A DNA stretch of 63,870 nt from Candidatus Moraniibacteriota bacterium (GCA_026396175.1 JAPLXG010000014.1:1-63870), one strand, 5' to 3'. Positions 38,227-46,741 are shown, numbered from the stretch's first letter. Translations and numbers: made by a program. The notes: generated from the letters alone by a model not told the origin.

Positions 38227-39123
38227 CTATTCACCCCACAGCTTCGTGCTGAGATATTTTTCTCCGCGATCGGGAAAAATAACAACCATCCGGCCAGTGA
38301 TATCTCGCTTGGCCAGCTCTGTCGCCGCGAGCATCGCCGCGCCACTGGACATCCCCGCAAAAATCCCCTCGACTTTCGCAATTTTTCTATCCATTGCGAA
38401 GGCTTTTTCACTTTCAATGTTCACAAACTCATCAATTTGCTTTTCATCATAAATCGCCGGCACAATCGCTTCGTCCATATTTTTGAGGCCTTGGATATAG
38501 TGACCTTTTTCCGGATAGGCACAAACAATTTTGATGTTCGAATCATATTCTTTCAGATATTTTCCCACACCCATAATCGTGCCGGAAGTACCAATGGAAG
38601 AAACAAAATAATCAATTTTTCCGCCCATACCTTCCCAAATTTCCTTGGCGGTTGTTTCATAGTGCGCGATTTTGTTGTAAACATTGGAAAATTGATCCGG
38701 CATAAAATATTTTTCCGGATTATTTTTGACCAGTTCTCTGGCTTTCACAATCGCGCCGTCCGTGCCTTTGTCCGCGTCAGTCAAGGTTATTTTTGCTCCA
38801 AAGGCCTCCAACATTTTTCTTCTTTCCATCGAAACCGCCGCGCTCATCACGATTTCTACGTTGTAACCCAAAACCGCTCCGATCATCGCGATACCGATGC
38901 CGGTATTCCCTGATGTTGGTTCGATAATAATTTTTTCTTTTGTCAGCTCCCCATTTTCAATCCCATGCCCCAGCATTTTCAAAGCCACACGATCCTTGAT
39001 GCTCCCGCCCGGATTTTGTCCTTCCAATTTAGCAAAAATTTCCAGATTTGCATTCGGATTGAGTTTGTTGATTTTGACCAATGGCGTATTGCCAATTGTC
39101 GCAAGTATATTTTGATAAATCAT
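38227..39123 (-). CDS. cysK: Cysteine synthase (O-acetylserine sulfhydrylase), PLP-dependent
   Basis: IGNTPLV, NPGGSIKDR, SSGNTG-like TSGNTG and GTSGT motifs. The track ORF was trimmed to MIYQNIL. Confidence 0.92.
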   Translation of the reverse strand: MIYQNILATIGNTPLVKINKLNPNANLEIFAKLEGQNPGGSIKDRVALKMLGHGIENGELTKEKIIIEPTSGNTGIGIAMIGAVLGYNVEIVMSAAVSMERRKMLEAFGAKITLTDADKGTDGAIVKARELVKNNPEKYFMPDQFSNVYNKIAHYETTAKEIWEGMGGKIDYFVSSIGTSGTIMGVGKYLKEYDSNIKIVCAYPEKGHYIQGLKNMDEAIVPAIYDEKQIDEFVNIESEKAFAMDRKIAKVEGIFAGMSSGAAMLAATELAKRDITGRMVVIFPDRGEKYLSTKLWGE

Positions 39124-39167
39124 AGATTTATTTTTAATTATTATTGAGAAAATAGTCTCGCCAATTT

Positions 39168-39207
39168 GTATATTCGTACATTCGTACAAATTCGTAATTC
39201 GTAGAGA
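39168..39207. repeat. Half copy of family F element
   Basis: TATTCGTACATTCGTACAAATTCGTAATTCGTAGAGAG matches only the right arm of family F. Confidence 0.6.
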
Positions 39208-39212
39208 GCAAC

Positions 39213-39237
39213 AAAAAATCCCGATTATTTCGGGAGC
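39213..39237 (-). terminator. Attenuator terminator between the Cys leader ORF and cysK
   Basis: Minus-strand RNA UCCCGA-AAUAA-UCGGGA followed by UUUUUUG. Its 5' arm overlaps UGCUCCC, which can pair with GGGAGCA inside the leader ORF. Confidence 0.55.
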
Positions 39238-39266
39238 AATCTCACTATCTTTTTTCTTTCAAAGCA

Positions 39267-39362
39267 TCAACAGAAAAAAGCTGCTCCCTGCGCAATCAGG
39301 TGGTTACAGCAACAACAAAAGATGCTAGCTAGCTGAAAATTTTGGACTTTGGACTTTTTCAT
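39267..39362 (-). CDS. Candidate cysteine leader peptide (31 aa, four consecutive Cys codons)
   Basis: Hand-translated as MKKSKVQNFQLASIFCCCCNHLIAQGAAFFC*. Located between a promoter and a terminator upstream of cysK. Confidence 0.5.
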   Translation of the reverse strand: MKKSKVQNFQLASIFCCCCNHLIAQGAAFFC

Positions 39363-39386
39363 ATTTTACCAGTTTAATCTAAGGTT

Positions 39387-39415
39387 ACTATAGCCTAGGA
39401 TTTAAAATTAAGCAA
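39387..39415 (-). promoter_or_regulatory. Sigma70-like promoter of the leader-cysK unit (TTGCTT-17-TATAGT)
   Basis: Read on the minus strand, about 25-30 nt upstream of the leader ATG. Confidence 0.55.
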
Positions 39416-39425
39416 ACGCGCCATA

Positions 39426-39454
39426 TTGCTTATTCCTTTAATTAACTATATAAT
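39426..39454 (+). promoter_or_regulatory. Sigma70-like promoter of prfA (TTGCTT-17-TATAAT)
   Basis: Perfect -10 box and 17-nt spacer, 24 nt upstream of the prfA ATG. Confidence 0.6.
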
Positions 39455-39477
39455 GCTAGAAGTAACAAAACAGCATT

Positions 39478-40542
39478 ATGCGCGAACAGATTGAACAAAT
39501 CAAAGCCGAATATGCCCAAATTGCCCAAGAACTCAGCAATCCTGATGTGGTTTTTGATACGCAAAAAATGACCGCGCTCTCCAAAAAACAAGCGGAGTTG
39601 AACGAAGTGATGCGCAAAATTGAAGAATTAGAACTGTTGGAAAAAAATATGCGGGAAAACGCCGAAATTGTGAACAGTGAAGAAGACGGCGAAATGAAGC
39701 AGATGGCGATGGAGGAAAATATCAATTTGGCCGAGAAGAAAGTTATTTTGGAAAAAGAATTGGAAACACTGCTTTTACCCAAAGATCCTAATGACGCCAA
39801 AAATGTCATCGTGGAAATCCGCGCGGGCGCCGGAGGTGATGAATCAGCTCTGTTTGCCGCCAGTCTTTTTCGGATGTATTCGCACTATGCCGAAAAAAAT
39901 CGTTGGCAAGTTGCTCTGCTCAATTCCCACCAAAACGGCGTGGGCGGTTTCAAAGAAGTTGTTTTTGAAATCAATGGCGCGGGAGTCTATGGTAAGATGA
40001 AATACGAATCCGGCGTGCACCGCGTCCAACGCATCCCGGAGACAGAAAAAAATGGCCGCATCCACACTTCCACCGCGACTGTGGCAGTTCTGCCTGAAGC
40101 CGAGGAGTTTGATTTCAAAATTGAAGAAAAAGATATCCGTATCGACACTTTTTGTTCTTCCGGCCCGGGCGGACAGTCCGTCAACACCACCAAATCCGCC
40201 GTGCGCATCACGCACATTCCGACCGGAGTGATTGTTTCTTGCCAAGATGAAAAATCGCAACTGAAAAACAAAGATAAGGCCATGAAAGTGCTGCGTTCCC
40301 GTCTTTTGCAAACAGAAGAAGAAAAACGCAGTAAAGAACTGGGTGATCAAAGAAAATCTCAAATTGGTACCGGCGATCGCAGTGAAAAAATTCGCACCTA
40401 TAATTTTCCCCAGGATCGCATCACTGATCATCGCATCAAACAAAATTGGAGCAACATTGGCGGAATTCTTGAAGGAAACATCGAACCAATTATCACTGCG
40501 CTGCAAGAAGAAGATATCAAAATGAAACTAGCTACTCTCTAA
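39478..40542 (+). CDS. prfA: Peptide chain release factor 1
   Basis: 354 aa. GGQ ([11 protein letters not shown]), RF1-type P-x-T tripeptide (PET) and [14 protein letters not shown]. Followed by prmC. Confidence 0.95.
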   Translation: MREQIEQIKAEYAQIAQELSNPDVVFDTQKMTALSKKQAELNEVMRKIEELELLEKNMRENAEIVNSEEDGEMKQMAMEENINLAEKKVILEKELETLLLPKDPNDAKNVIVEIRAGAGGDESALFAASLFRMYSHYAEKNRWQVALLNSHQNGVGGFKEVVFEINGAGVYGKMKYESGVHRVQRIPETEKNGRIHTSTATVAVLPEAEEFDFKIEEKDIRIDTFCSSGPGGQSVNTTKSAVRITHIPTGVIVSCQDEKSQLKNKDKAMKVLRSRLLQTEEEKRSKELGDQRKSQIGTGDRSEKIRTYNFPQDRITDHRIKQNWSNIGGILEGNIEPIITALQEEDIKMKLATL

Positions 40543-40572
40543 TTTTTTCATGTAATGATTTCAACAGCACAT

Positions 40573-40615
40573 ATTCGTATGTCCCCGCCGCGGCGGGGTT
40601 CGCGAAGCGAATAAC
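40573..40615 (+). repeat. Family C element, plus-strand orientation, 2 nt upstream of the prmC start codon
   Basis: ATTCGTATGTCCCCGCCGCGGCGGGGTTCGCGAAGCGAATAAC-TT-ATG. Confidence 0.85.
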
Positions 40616-40617
40616 TT

Positions 40618-41544
40618 ATGGCTACAATTCAGACCATTCTTGCCAAATATCGCCCCAAAATAGACTCTCTTGATCTAGAACTAATCATTGCTCACGAACT
40701 AAAGAAGTCTCGTGAGTTTGTTTTAACCTATCCGGAAAAAACAGTGAACGGGAAACAGGAAGCAGAAATCAGGAAATTACTCAACAAAAGACTTAGGAAT
40801 GAGCCGCTGGCGCATATCTTAGGACACAAGGAGTTTTATGGTCTAGATTTCAAGGTCACCCGTGACACTCTCATCCCCCGCCCGGAAACGGAAATGCTTG
40901 TGGAGCTTGCTCTCCGCAAGAAACAAGAAACAAGAAACCTGCCTACCGGACAGGCAGGCAAGAAACAAGTGATGTATATTGTTGATGTAGGGACAGGATC
41001 GGGAAATATTATTATTTCAATCGCGAAAGCGATTGAAAGTAAAAATTTGTTACATGCTTCATGTTACATGCTATATGGAACGGATATTTCCGAAAAAGCC
41101 TTGAAAATCGCAAAATACAACGCAAAGAAAAATAATGTTGATAAAAAAATAAAGTTCCTTCACGGAAATCTTCTTGAGCCACTTCTTAAAAATACCAAAT
41201 ACCAGATACCAGATACTAAATACATCATTCTTGCCAATCTCCCCTACCTTTCCAAAAAAATTTATTCCGCCACTGCTCCGAACGTCAAAAACTTCGAACC
41301 AAAGTCTGCACTATACAGTCCAAAGGCCGGACTAGAACATTACAAAAAACTTCTGAAACAAATCAAAATACTAAATACCAAATACCAAATACCAAATACT
41401 ATCCTCGAGCTTAGTCCCGAACAAAAAAACCCCATTACTATTTTAGTCAAAAAAATTCTCCCTTCCGCCAAAATAGAATTCAAAAAAGATTTGGCGGGAA
41501 AGTGGCGAGTTTGTGTAATTGAATTGATTGATTTGAGTATTTAA
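40618..41544 (+). CDS. prmC: Release-factor glutamine N5-methyltransferase (PrmC/HemK) carrying in-frame repeat insertions
   Basis: VDVGTGSG SAM motif and an NLPY catalytic motif (NPPY variant). Syntenic with prfA. Confidence 0.9.
   Translation: MATIQTILAKYRPKIDSLDLELIIAHELKKSREFVLTYPEKTVNGKQEAEIRKLLNKRLRNEPLAHILGHKEFYGLDFKVTRDTLIPRPETEMLVELALRKKQETRNLPTGQAGKKQVMYIVDVGTGSGNIIISIAKAIESKNLLHASCYMLYGTDISEKALKIAKYNAKKNNVDKKIKFLHGNLLEPLLKNTKYQIPDTKYIILANLPYLSKKIYSATAPNVKNFEPKSALYSPKAGLEHYKKLLKQIKILNTKYQIPNTILELSPEQKNPITILVKKILPSAKIEFKKDLAGKWRVCVIELIDLSI
40916..40969. repeat. Palindrome P inserted in frame in prmC, flanked by a 12-bp direct repeat
   Basis: GCAAGAAACAAG (40916..40927) ... CCTGCCTACCGGACAGGCAGG ... 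GCAAGAAACAAG (40958..40969). Encodes ..KKQETRNLPTGQAGKKQ.. Confidence 0.85.
41191..41223. repeat. ATACCAGATAC-type repeat, in frame in prmC
   Basis: AATACCAAATACCAGATACCAGATACTAAATAC (NTKYQIPDTKY). Same family as 41367, 60968 and 61533. Confidence 0.75.
41367..41400. repeat. ATACCAAATAC-type heptamer repeat, in frame in prmC
   Basis: AAATACTAAATACCAAATACCAAATACCAAATACT (NTKYQIPNT). Confidence 0.75.
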
Positions 41545-41545
41545 T

Positions 41546-41757
41546 TCCCCTTCTCCATTAGGGAGAAGGCGCCCGTAGGGCGGATGAGAGAGGAGCCTCT
41601 CAATAACCGACCACCTTTCTAATTTATATAATTTTCTTTTTTATCAACGCCCTTTTCCCTCACCTGTCACGAGTACGTGACATCCTCTCCCTAAGGGAGA
41701 AGAGGTATTGAAGAGACTGTTCCGCAGCCTCATCTGTCCCCAATAGAGAGGAGAAAA
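41546..41757. mobile_element. MITE-like element, family B
   Basis: CCCCTTCTCCATTAGGGAGAAGG ... CATCCTCTCCCTAAGGGAGAAGAGG, starting 2 nt after the prmC stop. Confidence 0.8.
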
Positions 41758-41767
41758 TGCCTCACAC

Positions 41768-41801
41768 AAAGCAAAAACCGCGTGTTAGCGGTTTTTGCTT
41801 T
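41768..41801. terminator. Bidirectional intrinsic terminator
   Basis: AAAGCAAAAACCGC-GTGTTA-GCGGTTTTTGCTTT, flanked by A and T runs. Confidence 0.75.
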
Positions 41802-41895
41802 ATATTCAACGTTGATATAAATTCTATGCCTGGTTATTTTGCCCAAAACATAGAACGCGCCCCGAATAAACGGGGACTTGCACTATACTAAAAGA

Positions 41896-41982
41896 CTATT
41901 TTTTCTTTTTCTTTGTAGCTTTTTTCTTTGCAACCTTTTTAACAGTCTTTTTTACAGCTTTCTTTTTCTTTTTTGCTGGCAT
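41896..41982 (-). CDS. Possible 28-aa lysine-rich peptide (not in the ORF track)
   Basis: Hand-translated as MPAKKKKKAVKKTVKKVAKKKATKKKKK. GGATGGTGA lies upstream, and the unit has its own promoter at 42127..42155 and a terminator at 41768. Confidence 0.35.
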   Translation of the reverse strand: MPAKKKKKAVKKTVKKVAKKKATKKKKK

Positions 41983-42126
41983 GTTAGTTCACCATCCTTT
42001 CTATTTTTATTTTTTCCAAAGTTTCTTTTTTGGAAACTTCTCTGAAATATTTTTAATAATTTTGTTTCGACCTTTATTTTTCTTGAAAATTATTTTTTAA
42101 ATTTAAAAAATAACTTTCATAAATAA

Positions 42127-42155
42127 ATTATATACTACCTCTGAAAATTATGCAA
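42127..42155 (-). promoter_or_regulatory. Sigma70-like promoter (TTGCAT-17-TATAAT) reading toward the Lys-rich ORF
   Basis: Read on the minus strand inside a very AT-rich 270-bp stretch. Confidence 0.5.
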
Positions 42156-42165
42156 GAGCAAAAAG

Positions 42166-42174
42166 TTATCCACA
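42166..42174 (+). promoter_or_regulatory. Perfect DnaA-box consensus TTATCCACA within the 16-mer AAAAGTTATCCACAGG
   Basis: Exact 9-mer. The same 16-mer recurs at 53550. Confidence 0.4.
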
Positions 42175-42264
42175 GGTGTTTTTTGAAAAATAAAATGAAA
42201 AATAAAAAAATTATTGTGCAAAATGGAAATCGAATAAAAAATATTGACGAAAAAAATAACATCA

Positions 42265-42414
42265 GGACTTACGCCTACTCCAAAAGCAAGCTAACGCCTA
42301 GCCAGAAATAGTCCGAGAAAAACCTGGAGATTCAAAAAGCGATAGAAAGCAAAAATAAATTCAAAAGTGCCACGCTGATTGGAAGGTTGGTGTTGAGGTA
42401 AGCGCGTAAGTCCC
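42265..42414. mobile_element. MITE-like element, family E
   Basis: GGACTTACGCCTACTCCAAAAGC ... GGTAAGCGCGTAAGTCC. Confidence 0.8.
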
Positions 42415-42514
42415 AAACATTATCAGGCACATTTTTTCCAAATAAATTCTCTCTTTCCATTTTTATCCGCAGTTGCTTATTTATACCAGACCCTAAATAA
42501 CTAAAATTGTCTAG

Positions 42515-42542
42515 TTGACGCGCTTTCCAGCTTTGCTAAAAT
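42515..42542 (+). promoter_or_regulatory. Sigma70-like promoter (TTGACG-16-TAAAAT) of the 42653 gene
   Basis: About 100-nt 5' UTR. Confidence 0.55.
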
Positions 42543-42652
42543 TGAATATTAGAAACCCCGATTGCTGAAAAGACTACTCAAAAAGGTCTCACTGGCAGTC
42601 AGCTTCAACGTAAGCACATTAAAAATTTAAACTAGAAAGGAAGGTGAAAACT

Positions 42653-43276
42653 ATGGAATTCAACCAAGAATCAAACGACGAGCAAAACGTAACCGAAGAG
42701 GAGGCAGCTGAGGAAAACAACCAATCTGGAGCAAAGCAATGGTTTCAGGATAACCTGAGAATAATTGTCAGCATTTTTATTGTTATTATTATTGCTGCCG
42801 GCATTTATTCCTATTCCAACCGTTCACAAAATACTGCTCAAAACGACCAGTCGCAACAAAGCGATGTTCTGAAAGATCTGACAAAAAGCGAAGATCAAAG
42901 CGGAGCGCAAGTTAATAGCGACCAGAAAACTACTGCCAAAACAAACGTAGTGTCCTCCACCACTACCAGCCAAGAAACTGACCAATCATTCATTGAGACA
43001 GCTGGCAAGGGAGATGGCACAACAAAATTAGCCCGCAAGGCTTTGGCAGATTATTTGGAGAAAAATCCTGATTCCGCTCTCACTCCTGAACACAAAATCT
43101 ACATCGAAGATTATCTGCGAAAAAATGTAGGCCACAAGGGAGGAGTACGTATTGGAACATCAGTAGAATTTTCCAAAACCCTAATTGCTAATGCAATCTC
43201 GAAATCCAAAAATCTGACTGCCGGACAACTTAAGAATTTGCACAAATACGCCGTAAGAGTGCCGTCTTTGACATAG
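42653..43276 (+). CDS. Hypothetical membrane-anchored protein with acidic N-terminus
   Basis: The ATG is preceded by AGGAAGGTGA (the track starts at an upstream GTG). One TM segment (IIVSIFIVIIIAAGIY). No recognisable domain. Confidence 0.6.
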   Translation: MEFNQESNDEQNVTEEEAAEENNQSGAKQWFQDNLRIIVSIFIVIIIAAGIYSYSNRSQNTAQNDQSQQSDVLKDLTKSEDQSGAQVNSDQKTTAKTNVVSSTTTSQETDQSFIETAGKGDGTTKLARKALADYLEKNPDSALTPEHKIYIEDYLRKNVGHKGGVRIGTSVEFSKTLIANAISKSKNLTAGQLKNLHKYAVRVPSLT

Positions 43277-43360
43277 AATTTCGGAAAAAACTTAATTTTA
43301 TGAAATAAAATTCTACTGTTCTTTGAATATAAGCCAAGTATATTATTACTTTCCTATATA

Positions 43361-43408
43361 AAAACACAAAAACCCCTCGCAATCAAAAGTGAGGGGTTTT
43401 GTGTTTTT
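43361..43408. terminator. Bidirectional intrinsic terminator between convergent genes
   Basis: CACAAAAACCCCTC-GCAATCAAAAGT-GAGGGGTTTTGTG, flanked by A and T runs. Confidence 0.75.
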
Positions 43409-43416
43409 GCGCCCTC

Positions 43417-44463
43417 CTAGCTCTTCCCGCGCTTGGCCAGTTTTTTAGTGATCAAAAAAGAAGCAAAAAGCATAATCGAGATAGAAACGATAAGCGTCAC
43501 ACTCTTGCCGATCGTCTTTGTATGAAGCGCGATAAGTGCGATAATAATCGTTACCGCATAATAATAGGTGGCGATTTTTTTTTGCGACCAACCAATTTCC
43601 AGGAGCTTATGATGCAGATGGTTATTGTCCGGCCTAAAAATCGGCTGCTTGTTTTTTATCCGCTCACCAATCACCCAAATAAAATCAATGATCGGGATTA
43701 CCAAAACCAAAATGGCTGTGGCAATCTTCGTCCCAGAAAAAATTGCTAAAATTGCGAGCGCGAGCCCCATAAACATCGCACCGGATGTTCCCGCCAATAT
43801 GCGCGCCGGGTTAAAATTAAACACCAAAAATCCTAAAATGACTCCAAATAAGATGCTAGAGATGATCGCGACGGGAGGCTGATTGACTTCCGGCTTAAAG
43901 CTGAGAAAAAAAATCGTCCCAATGGAAATAAGACTGATCCCTCCGGAAAGTCCATCAACTCCGTCAATCCAGTTAATCGCATTGATCACAAACACTATCC
44001 AAAAGACCACGAGTGCTAAAGAAATCAACACCGTTCCCTCCAAATCAAGATTAAATACTCCTCCGGTCAGCGGATTTGTTATATAGTATATCCTTACACC
44101 AACTATGAAAACAAAAAAGGCCGCAGCCATTTGAAAAAAAAGCTGTGTTTTCCAAAAAAGCTCCCGCACATCATCCCAAACTCCCACTAGCATTAAAATG
44201 ACAGAAGCAACCATAAAACCCAAGAGTTCCGGTGTGAGCACAAGGTTCCCATTCACAAGGATCGCTAAGTTGAAAGCTAAAACCATCGCGATTCCCCCAA
44301 TCCGATAGACACCGTCTTTATGGATATGCCTTACTGCTTTGCGCCCGCTCCAATGAATTTTTTTTGCTAACGGCAAAATAGCGCTAATGCTAAAAATGGT
44401 GAAAAAAAACGCTTCTAGAAATGGAGTGAGGTATTTTAACATAATCCGGTATTTAAAAATCAA
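43417..44463 (-). CDS. Polyprenyl-phosphate sugar-1-phosphate transferase (GT4 / WecA-MraY family)
   Basis: 348 aa and polytopic, with NAINWIDGVDGLSGG and a HLHHKL motif. Confidence 0.88.
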   Translation of the reverse strand: MIFKYRIMLKYLTPFLEAFFFTIFSISAILPLAKKIHWSGRKAVRHIHKDGVYRIGGIAMVLAFNLAILVNGNLVLTPELLGFMVASVILMLVGVWDDVRELFWKTQLFFQMAAAFFVFIVGVRIYYITNPLTGGVFNLDLEGTVLISLALVVFWIVFVINAINWIDGVDGLSGGISLISIGTIFFLSFKPEVNQPPVAIISSILFGVILGFLVFNFNPARILAGTSGAMFMGLALAILAIFSGTKIATAILVLVIPIIDFIWVIGERIKNKQPIFRPDNNHLHHKLLEIGWSQKKIATYYYAVTIIIALIALHTKTIGKSVTLIVSISIMLFASFLITKKLAKRGKS

Positions 44464-44485
44464 TTACGTCGCTCTGTAAAACTGA

Positions 44486-46183
44486 CTATTTTTTTACACT
44501 TTTTTTCGGCGTTACCCAAAACTCACCGAAATATTTGCCCAGCATAATTCTGGTTTGAGAATCAATCGCCGGAAATGACCCAAGAAATGGGGCGATAATG
44601 GGAACTAGAATCCATTGCAAGAGCATATACATATTTCTCCAGCGGGAATATTTTGCCGGCCTGGGAGGCAAAAGCAGAAAACTGAGGGACATGGAAACAG
44701 CCAACCCAAGCATAGCCAGTGTCATAAGGTAGCGGGTGTAGATCGGCAAATTATGCGCTATGACCTGCTGATTAAATTCGTCTCCCCCAAAAATCAAAGG
44801 TAGCCATCCGAGCACCGCCAAAATCAACGCCGAAGTCGCCCAAGAATGATGGCCCTCCAACATCTCAAAAGCTGTTTTGAATTTCTGACGAAAACTGATT
44901 TTTTTGTTCGGCCCGATTGCGCGCATAATTACCGGAAAATTTTCAATTCCATAGGCCCAACGTCTTTTTTGTTTATATTGATTGACAATTGTCTTCCAAT
45001 AGGTATCGGCCAAAACAGCATCCAACGAAATCGGCAGATAAATCGGTTTGACCCGATAGTCGCCGTTATAATAAGTAAAGCATTTCCAATAAATGATCGA
45101 GTCTTCGCTAATCATATTAACCGGCCAAAAATCAACATTGTAGAGCGTATCAAACGGCTCGCTATGCGAAGAAAAAGTCACCATTCCGTCTAGCCTGGTA
45201 GATTGAAAAATGTGCCAAAAACTGGAACCGGTCACAATCACTCGCACAAAAGCATTGGTATCCCATAGATTATTGTGGTACATTGGTAACGGTTGATAGC
45301 TCCGTTGCAATCTTTTGGGATCAATGATGTATTCATAGGTCAAAGCGGCAAAGTATTCTTTATGCGCCACACTATCGCAATCAAAATTGGAAAAAATCAC
45401 CCGCCGAAAATCAATGTTTTTTTCTTTTAAATACTCGACTAATTCTCGGGCAGCAAAAGATGCATTGGCCGCCTTTGTTTTCATTTCATCATCCTTGACC
45501 CTGTGCGTCGTCACGATAAACTCGCGAAATACTCCGGCAAATTTATTTTTGAGATATTCCACTTTTTGTTTTCGATGCTCCGCGTCTTCTCTTTCCTCCG
45601 TTGCCAAAAGGATAATAATTTGCTCATTGGGAAAATTCGCTTCTTTAATCGCCGTAATTGATGGCTCAATCACGCCCGCCGGCTCGCCTGCTGTTGGCAG
45701 CATTACCACATGCACAATTTCCCGCCAATCCAGAACAGACCCAGAAATTTTTTCCACCTCTTTCACTTCCTGTAGATATTTTTTTTGTCTTTTTAATTCC
45801 TCTTTTAATATCTTAACGTCTCGCCTCTTCATTCCACCTCTATTTTTCAAGCTTCCTTCTATTTGCAAAATTCGCTCTTTGATAATTTCCAGGTAGTTTC
45901 GGGGATTGCTGATATTTTGACAGCGCTCCCACCAGTCGATTTTCTTGCCATCGCGCAGTTTTCTATACCCATCAACTGAATAATAGGCGATAAAAATCGT
46001 GCGTAAAATCCAGTAAATATCAAAAGTAATAATGAAATAGGCTACATAAATAGGCACCGAAAAGGAAAAAAGGAACATCCCGATCAGCGTCACCCAAGTC
46101 AAAATCCCCGGAATAACCTCAAGTATCCTTTGTTTTCGCCTTTCACTCGGATCTTTAGTTCTGGGATTGGGAAATGCAAACAT
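44486..46183 (-). CDS. Processive GT2-family membrane glycosyltransferase (cellulose/chitin-synthase-like)
   Basis: 565 aa. N- and C-terminal TM segments, a DCD (DxD-like) motif and the QKRRWAYG (QxxRW) motif. Confidence 0.75.
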   Translation of the reverse strand: MFAFPNPRTKDPSERRKQRILEVIPGILTWVTLIGMFLFSFSVPIYVAYFIITFDIYWILRTIFIAYYSVDGYRKLRDGKKIDWWERCQNISNPRNYLEIIKERILQIEGSLKNRGGMKRRDVKILKEELKRQKKYLQEVKEVEKISGSVLDWREIVHVVMLPTAGEPAGVIEPSITAIKEANFPNEQIIILLATEEREDAEHRKQKVEYLKNKFAGVFREFIVTTHRVKDDEMKTKAANASFAARELVEYLKEKNIDFRRVIFSNFDCDSVAHKEYFAALTYEYIIDPKRLQRSYQPLPMYHNNLWDTNAFVRVIVTGSSFWHIFQSTRLDGMVTFSSHSEPFDTLYNVDFWPVNMISEDSIIYWKCFTYYNGDYRVKPIYLPISLDAVLADTYWKTIVNQYKQKRRWAYGIENFPVIMRAIGPNKKISFRQKFKTAFEMLEGHHSWATSALILAVLGWLPLIFGGDEFNQQVIAHNLPIYTRYLMTLAMLGLAVSMSLSFLLLPPRPAKYSRWRNMYMLLQWILVPIIAPFLGSFPAIDSQTRIMLGKYFGEFWVTPKKSVKK

Positions 46184-46195
46184 ACCAAAAAAATA

Positions 46196-46606
46196 TTAAT
46201 AGTTAATAATAATGACACTAATCACGGAAATAAGCAAGCTCAGCTCGGCCATCAGCGCCGTTATGAGCAAAACATAACTGGCGATTCGCTCTTTCTGCGC
46301 ATAAAAATAAAAGGAAAGCGTTATGTTCGCAAGCAAGATAATCAGTCCGACAAGCGGCAAAACATAGGCTCCGCGAACGGTGCCCACTGAATCAACTCCG
46401 AAATAAACGTTATAATGAAGAATGATTTCACTGCCCGCCGGATGAAGGTATATTGCCAGTGCCAGCCAATCAATGATGTTAGCGAAGATACTCAAAAAAA
46501 GTAGCCACAAAATGATCCGACTCCTAAAATATTCGCGACCAAAAAAAAGCTTGATTTTTTCATTCAAGCTTTTTCCCCAAGAAATTTTAATATTATTTTC
46601 AGACAT
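46196..46606 (-). CDS. Hypothetical polytopic membrane protein
   Basis: The track ORF was trimmed to MSENNIK. About 4 TM segments. Immediately upstream of the GT2 gene. Confidence 0.55.
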   Translation of the reverse strand: MSENNIKISWGKSLNEKIKLFFGREYFRSRIILWLLFLSIFANIIDWLALAIYLHPAGSEIILHYNVYFGVDSVGTVRGAYVLPLVGLIILLANITLSFYFYAQKERIASYVLLITALMAELSLLISVISVIIINY

Positions 46607-46622
46607 ACGCCGTACAAAATTA

Positions 46623-46741
46623 GAACTTAGGCATTTGAGTGCAATTCGAGGCAAAACCGAGTAGCGAGTGAGACGTAATTACTGTTACGTTAAACGAGCA
46701 ACGTCGGGGTTAACGAAGAAATGTGCCAAATGCGTAAGTTC
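46623..46741. mobile_element. Degenerate family E element
   Basis: GAACTTAGGCATTTG... ...CCAAATGCGTAAGTTC. Confidence 0.55.

Noticed and set aside
41985-42260. Chromosomal replication origin (AT-rich tract plus a perfect DnaA box).
   Set aside because: There is only one perfect box and no cluster of boxes. No dnaA/dnaN genes are nearby, and the box sits in an ordinary promoter context. One or two 9-mer hits are expected by chance in 64 kb.
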